Of a stretch of DNA of 64,000 bases, positions 36,521-45,662 are shown piece after piece. The notes beneath the pieces were generated by a model that was not told the DNA's origin, did no database searches, and saw nothing but the letters and a program-made list of their open reading frames with translations. The stretch lies in contig JAFPVA010000235.1 of assembly GCA_017413105.1 (NCBI GenBank), positions 6,045 to 70,044 on the forward strand, read 5' to 3'. The DNA is from Butyrivibrio sp. GTDB lineage: Bacteria > Bacillota > Clostridia > Lachnospirales > Lachnospiraceae. Position 1 is the first letter of the stretch. The number at the start of each line of letters is the position of its first letter. The translations under genes were made by a program, and so were the position numbers.

Positions 36521-37576
36521 ATGAACATTCTTATCGTCTCCGGCTTTTTGGGCGCCGGAAAAACCACCTTTATAAAAGAACTCATCCGCCGCACCGGCAC
36601 AAACCCGGTTATTCTGGAAAATGAATACGGCGATAACAGCATAGATGCCAATGAACTAAGAAATAATTCACCGTCAGAAAAAAAACTCGAAGTCCTGGAA
36701 TTCATGGAGGGCTGCGTCTGCTGCACCATGAAGGACAGCTTCATAAACTCAGTCCTTACTGTTTTCTCCAGCCTTAACCCCGAGTACCTTGTGATCGAAC
36801 CCACAGGAGTTGGTAAGCTCAGTAATATCGTAAACAATCTAAAGCCTATTCTTCATGGCAGCATAAGACTCCTGCCTCCAATCGTGGTAACCGCTCCCTG
36901 CAGTTACAGGCAGAATATGAATGAATGGGGAGAACTTTACCGGGACCAGGTGGCAAATGCCAAAACCGTGGTCTTTTCCAAGTGCGAGTACGAATCATCT
37001 GATATTCTCTCGGAAACCGGGGACGCCATCAGAAAGATAAACCCGGAGGCTGATATAATCTGCAGCCACTACAGTGGGCAAAGCGAGGAGTGGTGGCGCT
37101 CACTTATGGGGCTTGAAAGTGCAGAATATAAATCTCTTTCTTCATATCCTACCCTTGATAGTGTTATAAACCAAAAACTTGCCAAGGTTTTGTCTGAATC
37201 ATTTCCAGGTTCAAGCGCAGAACTAAGCGAAGGCAGCGGTTCATCTTCGGATACAACCGGAATTTCTCAGATCACAATTAATGACGCCGGTCTTGAAAAT
37301 CCTGCCCAGCTTATACAGCTTCTTGAAGACTGCCTTCGAGGCGAATTTGGTCTGGTGGCAAGGGCCAAGGGAACCATCCCTGTCGGCAAAGAAACTCTTC
37401 GCTTTGATCTGGCAGACAGGCTCTATTCCATCGCCGTATCTCCGGAAGCAGGGAACCAGTGCGTTTTTATCGGTAAATTTCTCGATAAAAAAGGGATACT
37501 CAGCCGCCTTAACAGTTTCTGTCAGGAAAAACCGGTATCCCTTGTAAAGTCCTATATTGATCGCCGCAAAAGCTAG
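36521..37576 (+). CDS. COG0523/CobW-family G3E GTPase (metallochaperone)
   Basis: GFLGAGKTT, ENEYG, GCVCC, EPTG, SKCE; C-terminal RAKG...VFIG. Confidence 0.9.
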   Translation: MNILIVSGFLGAGKTTFIKELIRRTGTNPVILENEYGDNSIDANELRNNSPSEKKLEVLEFMEGCVCCTMKDSFINSVLTVFSSLNPEYLVIEPTGVGKLSNIVNNLKPILHGSIRLLPPIVVTAPCSYRQNMNEWGELYRDQVANAKTVVFSKCEYESSDILSETGDAIRKINPEADIICSHYSGQSEEWWRSLMGLESAEYKSLSSYPTLDSVINQKLAKVLSESFPGSSAELSEGSGSSSDTTGISQITINDAGLENPAQLIQLLEDCLRGEFGLVARAKGTIPVGKETLRFDLADRLYSIAVSPEAGNQCVFIGKFLDKKGILSRLNSFCQEKPVSLVKSYIDRRKS

Positions 37577-37591
37577 ATCATATCTGCCAAA

Positions 37592-38875
37592 TTACTTTGC
37601 AGCTGCAAAGCCTTTTTCAAGGTCTGCAATAATGTCGTCGATGTGCTCTGTACCGATGGAAAGTCTGATTGTGCTCTGTGTGATTCCCTGATCAGCAAGC
37701 TCCTCATCGTTAAGCTGTGAGTGAGTTGTTGTAGCAGGGTGAATAACAAGGCTCTTTACATCTGCTACGTTTGCAAGCAGTGAGAAGATCTCAAGATTAT
37801 CAATAAACTTCCAGGCTGCCTCTTTTCCGCCCTTGATCTCGAAGGTGAAGATTGAAGCCCCGCCATTAGGGAAGTACTTCTCATAGAGTGCGTGGTCAGG
37901 ATGATCCTTAAGAGAAGGATGGTTAACCTTCTCAACCTGTGGATGATTTGCCAAAAACTCTACAACCTTCCTGGTGTTCTCTGCATGTCTGTCAAGACGA
38001 AGTGACAATGTCTCAACGCCCTGAAGGAGAAGGAATGCGTTGAATGGAGAAATTGTTGCTCCTGTATCTCTAAGAAGGATTGCTCTGATATATGTTACAA
38101 ATGCTGCAGGTCCTACTACGTCATAGAAAGATACTCCGTGATAGCTTGGGTTTGGAGCTGCAATCTGTGGATAGTTGCCGCTTTCCTTCCAGTTGAACTT
38201 ACCTGCCTCTACGATGATTCCACCGAGGGTTGTCCCATGTCCGCCGATGAACTTTGTAGCTGAATGAACTACGATATCTGCGCCGTGCTCAATAGGTCTG
38301 ATGAGGTATGGTGTTCCGAATGTATTATCAATTACAAGAGGAAGTCCATGCTTATGGGCGATTTCTGCGATTGCATCGATATCAGGAATATCACTGTTAG
38401 GATTTCCAAGGGTCTCAAGATAGATGGCTCTTGTATTCTCCTTAATTGCTCCCTCAACCTCTGCAAGGTTATGAGCATCTACAAATGTAGTTGTAACACC
38501 ATACTGGGGAAGTGTGTGTGCTAAAAGATTGTAGCTTCCGCCGTAGATAGTCTTCTGAGCCACGATGTGTCCGCCACCTGCTGCAAGAGCTTCAATTGTA
38601 TATGTGATAGCTGCTGCGCCGGATGCAACTGCAAGAGCTGCGCTTCCGCCTTCAAGAGCTGCTATTCTCTTCTCGAGAACATCCTGAGTTGAATTTGTAA
38701 GTCTTCCGTAGATATTACCTGCATCAGCAAGTCCGAATCTGTCGGCTGCGTGCTGTGAGTTTCTAAATACATAAGATGTTGTCTGATAAATCGGAACTGC
38801 TCTGGCATCTGTTGCCGGATCCGGCTGTTCCTGTCCTACGTGTAACTGAAGTGTCTCAAATCTGTAATCGCTCAT
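37592..38875 (-). CDS. metY: O-acetylhomoserine/O-acetylserine sulfhydrylase
   Basis: PIYQTTS, IYGRLTN, HSATKFIGGHG (PLP Lys), ANVADVKSLVIHPA. Confidence 0.93.
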   Translation of the reverse strand: MSDYRFETLQLHVGQEQPDPATDARAVPIYQTTSYVFRNSQHAADRFGLADAGNIYGRLTNSTQDVLEKRIAALEGGSAALAVASGAAAITYTIEALAAGGGHIVAQKTIYGGSYNLLAHTLPQYGVTTTFVDAHNLAEVEGAIKENTRAIYLETLGNPNSDIPDIDAIAEIAHKHGLPLVIDNTFGTPYLIRPIEHGADIVVHSATKFIGGHGTTLGGIIVEAGKFNWKESGNYPQIAAPNPSYHGVSFYDVVGPAAFVTYIRAILLRDTGATISPFNAFLLLQGVETLSLRLDRHAENTRKVVEFLANHPQVEKVNHPSLKDHPDHALYEKYFPNGGASIFTFEIKGGKEAAWKFIDNLEIFSLLANVADVKSLVIHPATTTHSQLNDEELADQGITQSTIRLSIGTEHIDDIIADLEKGFAAAK

Positions 38876-38943
38876 ACCTTTGTCTCCTCTTCTTTATTTT
38901 ATTTTTATCTGCTTGTTTTCTGTGCTTCATTTATCTTGAAATG

Positions 38944-38980
38944 ATAGTACAATGTATTTACCTACTATGTCAATATGTTT
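38944..38980 (-). promoter_or_regulatory. metY promoter with a possible Rrf2/CymR-type box over the -35
   Basis: Minus-strand TTGACA (38973-38968), 18 nt, TACTAT (38949-38944); surrounding sequence AAACATATTGACATAGTAGG is a loose dyad. Confidence 0.4.
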
Positions 38981-39071
38981 TACGATAAGTATTATTTACA
39001 TCCTGCTATAAGCTTTACTTAACCACTGCTAACTGCGCACCAACAAATGAATTTGTATGCTAGCATATCTA

Positions 39072-39108
39072 AAAAGGCCATTCCTATGCGATAAGGAAAT
39101 GGCCTTTT
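39072..39108. terminator. Bidirectional-type terminator hairpin downstream of proB
   Basis: aaaaggccattcct...aggaaatggcctttt. Confidence 0.7.
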
Positions 39109-39120
39109 ATCTTATTTCTG

Positions 39121-39265
39121 GTTACTGTTCACTCGCTTACAGCTCGCTCCAGTAACAAATTCGCGCATTCATTCCAATTCGACTTCGTCGAAGGAATGCG
39201 CTCACTCCTGATTCATTTTCTCACGAAATGCGCAGCAAAGTGCGCATTTCTGTCTGAACAGTAAC
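39121..39265. repeat. 145-bp REP/MITE-like element with terminal inverted repeats
   Basis: Starts GTTACTGTTCA and ends TGAACAGTAAC; internal palindromes ttcgacttcgtcgaa and gaaatgcgca...tgcgcatttc. Confidence 0.7.
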
Positions 39266-40062
39266 TATTTCTGAGCTACGAAAAGAGTTCCAACCTTCTT
39301 CTTCTCGATGATGTCATATAGTCTCTCGGGGTTCTTGCCGTTTGTGATAAGAACGTCAATACCGTGGAAAGTTGCCAGCTCTGCTGCCTCAAGCTTTGTG
39401 ATCATTCCGCCGGTTCCGCGATTAGAGCCGGAGCCTGATGCCACTTTTTTAAGCTCATCGGTTATCTCCTCAACCCTGCTGATAAGTCTGGCATCCGGAT
39501 TCTCCTGAGGATTGCCGTCATATAATCCCTCTATATCGGAAAAGATAATGAGTTTGCTTGCATTACAGAAAGTTGCCACCAGGGCTGAAAGCATATCGTT
39601 GTCAGAAAAGAGCTTCTTATCTGACTCAATCTCCGTATGGCTGACGGAGTCATTCTCATTGACGATAGGAATGATATGATTCTCCAAAAGAGCATCGAAG
39701 GTATTGCGAAGGTTCTCGCTTCTGACAGGATCTGAAAAGTCCTGATTATCCAGAAGGATCTGTCCCACCATCCTGTTATACTCTCCGAAAAGCTTGTCAT
39801 ACAGATGCATGAGCTCAGTCTGTCCCACTGCAGCTGCTGCCTGCTTCATCCTGATCTCTTTTGGCTTCTGGGGAAGTCTCATCTTATTGGCGCCAACAGC
39901 TATGGCTCCTGAAGATACCAGCACCAGGTCATACCCGAGATTCTCAACACCTGCCACTGCACGGCACAGGTGATCTATTGCCCTTATATCAATGTTTCCA
40001 CTCTCATTTGTAATGGTGGAAGTTCCAACCTTTACAACAATCCTCTTCTTGCTTACACTCAT
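39265..40062 (-). CDS. proB: Glutamate 5-kinase (no PUA domain)
   Basis: VVKVGTS, SSGAIA, AAVGQ, IVNEND, DNDMLS and GTGGMITKL motifs. Confidence 0.95.
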   Translation of the reverse strand: MSVSKKRIVVKVGTSTITNESGNIDIRAIDHLCRAVAGVENLGYDLVLVSSGAIAVGANKMRLPQKPKEIRMKQAAAAVGQTELMHLYDKLFGEYNRMVGQILLDNQDFSDPVRSENLRNTFDALLENHIIPIVNENDSVSHTEIESDKKLFSDNDMLSALVATFCNASKLIIFSDIEGLYDGNPQENPDARLISRVEEITDELKKVASGSGSNRGTGGMITKLEAAELATFHGIDVLITNGKNPERLYDIIEKKKVGTLFVAQK

Positions 40063-40166
40063 TTTTTTATCACTTTCTCACTTTAATCTGTTACAACAAA
40101 CTTATATTAAAGTTTACGGCTAAAGTCTGTCTTATGCAAGACTCAAAAATTTAATAAATTGTTCGC

Positions 40167-40231
40167 TTGAAACATACGTTCACTAGTTGTATTATAATAT
40201 TTACCCCAACGTATGTTCGGAACGTATATTC
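40167..40231 (+). promoter_or_regulatory. Promoter with three LexA/DinR-like SOS boxes
   Basis: TTGAAA (40167-40172), 17 nt, TATTAT (40190-40195); AAACATACGTTC (40170-40181), CAACGTATGTTC (40207-40218) and GAACGTATATTC (40220-40231), each one mismatch from GAAC-N4-GTTC. Confidence 0.7.
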
Positions 40232-40260
40232 GATTATTGGTGTGATTATACTGAGAGTGA

Positions 40261-40296
40261 GTTACTGGAGCGAGCTGCAAGCGAGTGAACAGTAAC
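40261..40296. repeat. 36-bp REP-like unit, inverted copy of 39121-39156
   Basis: GTTACTGGAGCGAGCTGCAAGCGAGTGAACAGTAAC is the reverse complement of 39121-39156 with one mismatch. Confidence 0.85.
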
Positions 40297-40352
40297 AAGC
40301 GTGATGCTACCTTCAGAGAAAGATATCTGCAGCCGGGAAGGAGGTTTATGCA

Positions 40353-40640
40353 ATGAGTAAGGTCGTTAATGAAGTTGATGTTATCTGTGAGCACAAGGCA
40401 GACGGGAGTATCATTCCCATGCGCCTTCGTTTTATGAATAGCGACGGTGAATACGAAACCTACAATATCCGGAGCTTTAGGAAATCAGATAAAAAAGGCA
40501 CTCATACAACTGCAGATGGAATCTACGCTGCGGATTCCACCTGCATATATGAGTGCATGGTTGTCGTTATGGATATGAAAAGAGTCATTCGTCTCTACTA
40601 CGATCCCAAGAACAGCACCAAATGGCGGCTGGCTTTCTGA
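40353..40640 (+). CDS. Small conserved hypothetical protein, probably SOS-induced
   Basis: AGGAGG SD; 95 aa beta-rich sequence (VDVICEHKADGSIIPMRLRF...KWRL); upstream LexA-like boxes. Confidence 0.75.
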   Translation: MSKVVNEVDVICEHKADGSIIPMRLRFMNSDGEYETYNIRSFRKSDKKGTHTTADGIYAADSTCIYECMVVVMDMKRVIRLYYDPKNSTKWRLAF

Positions 40641-40648
40641 CCTTTTCT

Positions 40649-41845
40649 TTATTCCACTATAGTTATGATATCTGAGAGGATATAGTTGAACGTGGGATAT
40701 GATGTATTTTCGTTCTCTATATAGCCATCCTTAAGATTACAGGTATCAGCAGGATTATCCGGATTTACTCCGGTGTAATCCCCCTTAAATACAAAGTCTA
40801 CATTTCCGCGATTAAACTGCTCTATGGCACTATCCATAGCTTCCTGGGTTCCCGGAGCTACCACCTGAAGATTCAGGTCCATCATCTCGACCCATCCCTT
40901 CTCAAATCCGGCAGATACGTCCGAACCATGGATCCGCCCTGTAACCTCAGACTCTATCTTCTTGTCGAGCATGACCGCCTCTACAGCAGATAGCACATAA
41001 GGCTCCCAGCAGATTCTTGAGGTTACCAGTGATGATACCGGTGCAACCTCTGACATACTCTGATTGAACCCCACGAAATAAACCTGTTTGTTGTTCTGCA
41101 TTGCCTCCTCACAGACAACAGCCGGTCCTATGGTGTCCGTATGCTGAGTCAGAACAACGCAGCCATCCTTTACAAGCTTCTTTGCTGCACTCTCCTCAAA
41201 GGCATAGCTGCTCCAGCTGTTAGTATACGCCACACGCATCACTGCGGTAGGAACCACTGAACGGACTCCCAAAAGGAATGCAGTATATCCGGAGATAACC
41301 TCCGAAGTAGGAAATGCTGCCACGAAGCCTACTATAGCCTGGTCCGCTGTAATAACCCCCTCATCAATCATCTGCTGGATTTTCATTCCGGCAACAATTC
41401 CGCTTACATAACGCCCCTGATATGCCTCACCTTTGAAGGTATGGTAATTCTCAGGAACAATCTTTTTACTCATATCCATATATGAGGTCTGGCAAAACTG
41501 TATGTCCGGATACTCCAGAGCAAGTTCTTTTTCCAGAGTGCTGTAACCATTGAAAAAGATGATATCACAGCCCTCTGCAGCAAGACTCCTCAATGGTTCT
41601 TCCATCCTGTCATCAAGTACATTGCTGCAGGAGAGGATTTTTACCTTCTCACCATATTTCTTTTCCAGGGCATCCTTAGCCAGAGAAAAGTTATAGGTAT
41701 AGGGCGTGCTTTCGTCATTATCATAAATGAAACCAATCGTCAGGTTCTCTTTTACATGAGCAGGATTCATGATTCTGAAACCACAGATGATAAGAGCCAT
41801 TACAATCAGAGAAGTAAGTGCAGTTAAGAAATATTCGCGCTTCAT
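40649..41845 (-). CDS. BMP-family (purine/nucleoside-type) substrate-binding protein, N-terminally anchored
   Basis: IGFIY, GCDIIF, YQGRYVSGIVAG, VGFVAAF, AFLLGVRSV and QHTD; overlaps the upstream HD-GYP gene by 4 nt. Confidence 0.88.
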   Translation of the reverse strand: MKREYFLTALTSLIVMALIICGFRIMNPAHVKENLTIGFIYDNDESTPYTYNFSLAKDALEKKYGEKVKILSCSNVLDDRMEEPLRSLAAEGCDIIFFNGYSTLEKELALEYPDIQFCQTSYMDMSKKIVPENYHTFKGEAYQGRYVSGIVAGMKIQQMIDEGVITADQAIVGFVAAFPTSEVISGYTAFLLGVRSVVPTAVMRVAYTNSWSSYAFEESAAKKLVKDGCVVLTQHTDTIGPAVVCEEAMQNNKQVYFVGFNQSMSEVAPVSSLVTSRICWEPYVLSAVEAVMLDKKIESEVTGRIHGSDVSAGFEKGWVEMMDLNLQVVAPGTQEAMDSAIEQFNRGNVDFVFKGDYTGVNPDNPADTCNLKDGYIENENTSYPTFNYILSDIITIVE

Positions 41846-44800
41846 ACACTGCCTCCTTTCTCATTAGTGGAAGCATTGTCTCCATCTTTATGCATCTCGG
41901 CAGCCTGGATCTTCTTATCTTCCTCGACGCGGCGCTTAAGCTCTGCATCGGCCTCATGATCCATCTGCTTAAGTTCTGCCTGCTTCTGAGTGTAGAGCTC
42001 ATCCAGATTGATGACTCCCTTATCCACCAGGCGAAGGAATGCATCCAGCGCCTCAGGATCAAACTGCGTTCCACGGCCGCGCTTCATCTCGTTCATGACG
42101 TAATCTGTGTCCATGTGATTTCTGTAGACACGGTTTGAAGTCATGGCATCAAAGGCATCTGCCACAGCAATGATTCTTCCAAAGAGCGGGATTTCTTCTC
42201 CCTTCAGGCCATCAGGATAGCCCTTTCCATCATATCTCTCATGGTGGTACCTGGTTCCATCCACAACGTGCTCTACCAGCGTAAAGTCCTTTAAGATCTC
42301 TGCTCCGCCTACAACATGGGATTTCATCTTGGCATATTCCTGATCATCAAGACGTCCCACCTTGTTAAGTACGCTGTCCGGAACACCAATCTTACCGATA
42401 TCATGCATCTGGGCAGCCTTACGAAGATTTGAGAGAACTTTGTTCCTCTGCCACCACTTAAAGCATCCCATCTCTTTGGCTATCAGTACAGAATACTCCG
42501 CAACTCTCATTGAATGCTGATGGGTGCGTACATCCTTGGCATCGACTGATTTTGCTATGGCCATGACTGTTTCATTAGCCATATTCAGCTTTATCTGCTG
42601 CTGGTTCAGCTGTCTTTGTACTACAAGCCAGGTAAACCAGATAAGGAACAGAGACAGAATGATCAGCATATAGGCGGTAAATCCAGGCTGTTCGTAGAAC
42701 TTACCCTCTTTTACAAGTTCAAACTTGTGCTCTTCAAGGACCTTCTCCCCCGCACTGTCAATGATTGCAAGATGGAAGATATAATTGCCTGAAGGAAGTT
42801 TGGAATAAATAATATTGTTCAGGCTATTCTGTGGAACTATTGTCCACTGGGTGTCATAGCCGTCAAGGAAATATCCCACATTGGGTTCCTGAATTGTGTA
42901 ATTTAGGATCTCGGGGCCAAGCTCTATTCTATCTACTCCCTGACCGACCGTAATAGCCCCAACTCTGTTTCTTGGCTGCAGGACTCCGTCAAAGCGAATA
43001 GATGCCAGTTGCATTCTATAGGACCTGACATCACTGTTATATTTATCAACGTCAATAATATAAACTCCGGTATCGCAGGGAAGGAACAATTCGCCGTATC
43101 CGTTATAATAGTTCCAGGAATTGGCTGTAAGTGAAGTACCAAGGCCTCTTCTGGCATCCAAAAGTTCCCAGGCAATCTCGCCGCCTGCCACCAGTTCATC
43201 ACGTTCAACCACATAGATTCCGGCACTGGACATTACAAAGAGGGTATCTGCATCCTTTACCCAGATATCATAGTTGTTGAAATAAGGGAACTTATCCAAA
43301 ACCCGAATAGTTCCGTCAGCTTCCAAATAACACAGGCTGTTACTGGTTACGATAAATACTCCGTCAGATTTAGGGTCTTTTACGGTTCTAAGTATTACTT
43401 CGCTGCTAAGCCCATTCTCTCTTGTCAGAATGTCCGTAATCTTACCATCCTTAAGCACAGCGATACCATCGCCGTCAGTGCCTGCCAGAATAGTACCATC
43501 ATTTTTCTCGGTCATGGTAAGGATCATGGCGTTAGACAAACCATCCTTGTTCTGTATGGTTTTTATTACCTTATGATCCTTTATATAACTGATGCCGGTA
43601 TCACCGGCTGCAATAATTGTTCCATCCGAAAGTCCTGTGACTATCCTAGCCCTGTTTCCGAAGCTTCTGTTATCCTCGTTATAGGACCACAATTCGCCGT
43701 TTGCCGAATACTCCAGAAGGCCACTTCCATAGGTACAAACCCACAAATGTCCCTTATCATCAACATACATACAGCGAATGCGCTTACCATCAAGTTCGGC
43801 AGTCAGTTCATTTTCCATCTGCTTGTGGCAGGCTTTATCAACTACATCCAGTCCCGTGTCGGTACCAATGTAATAGCAATCCCGCCATTTCACAATGGCA
43901 TTTACAACCTTACGATCCATGCCTATTGCACCATAAATGTCCCTGAAGGGAGATTTGGAAAGTCTAAGAAGGCCAAGCCTCGAGGATGTAAACCACAGAT
44001 TTCCCTGATAATCACAGAGCATATTATCAATGGAGTTATTAAATTCATTGGTATTAAGGTTATGATACCCATTGTCATCTATATAGGCCACTCCGCTGTC
44101 GGTGGAGATGAAAAGTGTTCCATCACTCAGATAATCCAGACTATTGATGTAGGAAACATCATCGCACTTGATCGTCCGACGGAGCTTGAACTTTTTATCG
44201 ACAATCTCGTAGTTAAAAATATGGTTGGTAGTAGTTCCTACCATAAGTGTTCCATCGGGTGCAAAGCTGCAGCAATTAAATGCACCCTCCTCATCCGTTG
44301 CCTCAAGGGAGCACATAACATTTCCCCTGCTCAAAAGAAACAGTCTTCCATCATTAGTAACCGTTGCAACATGTCCCTTTTCATCAGCAGTTATACTGTT
44401 GGCATAATTAACTTCATCAAGAGTTTCAGCAGCCTTAAGACCATTATTCATCATTAGGATCTGCATACTTCCTGTAGTTCCCACATAATAATATCCGTCC
44501 GATGCCCTGATGATACAGCGAACAGAATCTGAAGGCAGATCACTGGACTGATCCAGAACATTTACCACCTTTTCCCTGATCACAATAGAAAGACCATTGT
44601 CATTGGTTCCTATCCAAAGTCGTCCCTCTTCGTCCACATATAGACAGTTTACGTTTTTTACTGATTCATAATCATCAATCCATCTAAATTCGCGGCCATT
44701 GTAGCGATATAGGCCGGCGTAGGTTCCAATCCACAATACACCGTCATTAGTCTGGGCAATATCATTAGCTTCGCCGCAGGGCAGACCATTATTACTACTA

Positions 44801-45498
44801 TAGATGCTCTGGACATAATCGTTATAATCCCGCGTTTCAACTCCTGTCCCTTCATCTGCCTTTACAGGTGTCGCAAACGCAAGGCTGAGGGACAGCCACA
44901 GGACAAGACCTGTCCCGACTGTTTTTCCCATGTTCATTGCATCTTCATCTTCCTTTATACTCTTTAAGCGCTTTACCAAAATTACCAGATAAACCGCAGC
45001 AATTGTGAGCACCTTATCCGCAAACTCTATAGCAAGCTGTCCCAGCACATAGCATAAAAACGGAGGCCATTCACCATCAAGAAGATAGTCAATGACGCCA
45101 TCGCCCCATATATTACCTGTATAACCTTCGGAAAACAGCAGATTCACGGGCACAGACACAACCAGTGCCGTGAGCATTGCTAAAGAAGCGGCCTTCATAA
45201 AGCCGTAGAAATGATCGAACCATCTTTTCTGGGCTGCATAGCCTACAATGATACCAAGCGCTATGCTGGTAATTGAGTATGCCGCCGACAGATGATTTAC
45301 TACGCAGTATGCTATATTACTGGCAAAGCCTACCATTGCGCCGCACACAGGGCCTCCCACATAAGCACATAGGGCCGTACCAAAGGAATCCGTCCACAGC
45401 GGCAGTTGAAAATGAACAGAAAATATTTTCCCGCCAACATTTAAGCACACACACATGGCTACAAATAGAATGATCTGCCAGTTCTTCCATTTATTCAT
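41842..45498 (-). CDS. ECF S-component-like domain + beta-propeller + Y_Y_Y + TM + HD-GYP phosphodiesterase
   Basis: N-terminal LPLWTDSFGT...GPVCG...ADK; repeated (D)xxGxLWIGT propeller motifs; Y_Y_Y (YFLDGYD...YSKLPSGNYIF); HSMRV, MHDIGKIG, HHERYDGKGYP, AVADAFDAMT and GTQFDP. Confidence 0.88.
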   Translation of the reverse strand: MNKWKNWQIILFVAMCVCLNVGGKIFSVHFQLPLWTDSFGTALCAYVGGPVCGAMVGFASNIAYCVVNHLSAAYSITSIALGIIVGYAAQKRWFDHFYGFMKAASLAMLTALVVSVPVNLLFSEGYTGNIWGDGVIDYLLDGEWPPFLCYVLGQLAIEFADKVLTIAAVYLVILVKRLKSIKEDEDAMNMGKTVGTGLVLWLSLSLAFATPVKADEGTGVETRDYNDYVQSIYSSNNGLPCGEANDIAQTNDGVLWIGTYAGLYRYNGREFRWIDDYESVKNVNCLYVDEEGRLWIGTNDNGLSIVIREKVVNVLDQSSDLPSDSVRCIIRASDGYYYVGTTGSMQILMMNNGLKAAETLDEVNYANSITADEKGHVATVTNDGRLFLLSRGNVMCSLEATDEEGAFNCCSFAPDGTLMVGTTTNHIFNYEIVDKKFKLRRTIKCDDVSYINSLDYLSDGTLFISTDSGVAYIDDNGYHNLNTNEFNNSIDNMLCDYQGNLWFTSSRLGLLRLSKSPFRDIYGAIGMDRKVVNAIVKWRDCYYIGTDTGLDVVDKACHKQMENELTAELDGKRIRCMYVDDKGHLWVCTYGSGLLEYSANGELWSYNEDNRSFGNRARIVTGLSDGTIIAAGDTGISYIKDHKVIKTIQNKDGLSNAMILTMTEKNDGTILAGTDGDGIAVLKDGKITDILTRENGLSSEVILRTVKDPKSDGVFIVTSNSLCYLEADGTIRVLDKFPYFNNYDIWVKDADTLFVMSSAGIYVVERDELVAGGEIAWELLDARRGLGTSLTANSWNYYNGYGELFLPCDTGVYIIDVDKYNSDVRSYRMQLASIRFDGVLQPRNRVGAITVGQGVDRIELGPEILNYTIQEPNVGYFLDGYDTQWTIVPQNSLNNIIYSKLPSGNYIFHLAIIDSAGEKVLEEHKFELVKEGKFYEQPGFTAYMLIILSLFLIWFTWLVVQRQLNQQQIKLNMANETVMAIAKSVDAKDVRTHQHSMRVAEYSVLIAKEMGCFKWWQRNKVLSNLRKAAQMHDIGKIGVPDSVLNKVGRLDDQEYAKMKSHVVGGAEILKDFTLVEHVVDGTRYHHERYDGKGYPDGLKGEEIPLFGRIIAVADAFDAMTSNRVYRNHMDTDYVMNEMKRGRGTQFDPEALDAFLRLVDKGVINLDELYTQKQAELKQMDHEADAELKRRVEEDKKIQAAEMHKDGDNASTNEKGGSV

Positions 45499-45615
45499 AT
45501 ATTTCTATCTCCTCACATAACAACACATCATGTAGGATATGAAATTCGACATGATAGAAACGCAAACTGCTGCACATATAATTATAATCTATATTGCGTT
45601 TATCGAATATAAAAA

Positions 45616-45652
45616 AAAACTGAACTTTTCTTTCAAAGTCCAGTTTATTTTT
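45616..45652 (-). terminator. Terminator after the NSS transporter gene
   Basis: aaactgaacttt...aaagtccagttt flanked by A/T runs. Confidence 0.55.
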
Positions 45653-45662
45653 TGTATCAAAT

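Noticed and set aside
38876-39070. SAM riboswitch or T-box upstream of metY (also upstream of metG, 49014-49102)
   Set aside because: No SAM-I core or T-box AGGGTGGNACCGCG motif seen, and the promoter-to-start distances are too short.
39121-39265. CRISPR array or tRNA
   Set aside because: No regularly spaced direct repeats with unique spacers, no cas genes and no cloverleaf; treated as a REP/MITE-like element.
40143-40394. 83-aa minus-strand ORF
   Set aside because: Runs through a promoter, LexA boxes and a REP unit; no SD or protein-like features.
43573-44457. 294-aa plus-strand ORF
   Set aside because: Lies wholly antisense to the HD-GYP sensor gene, has no recognisable motifs and no SD; a shadow ORF.
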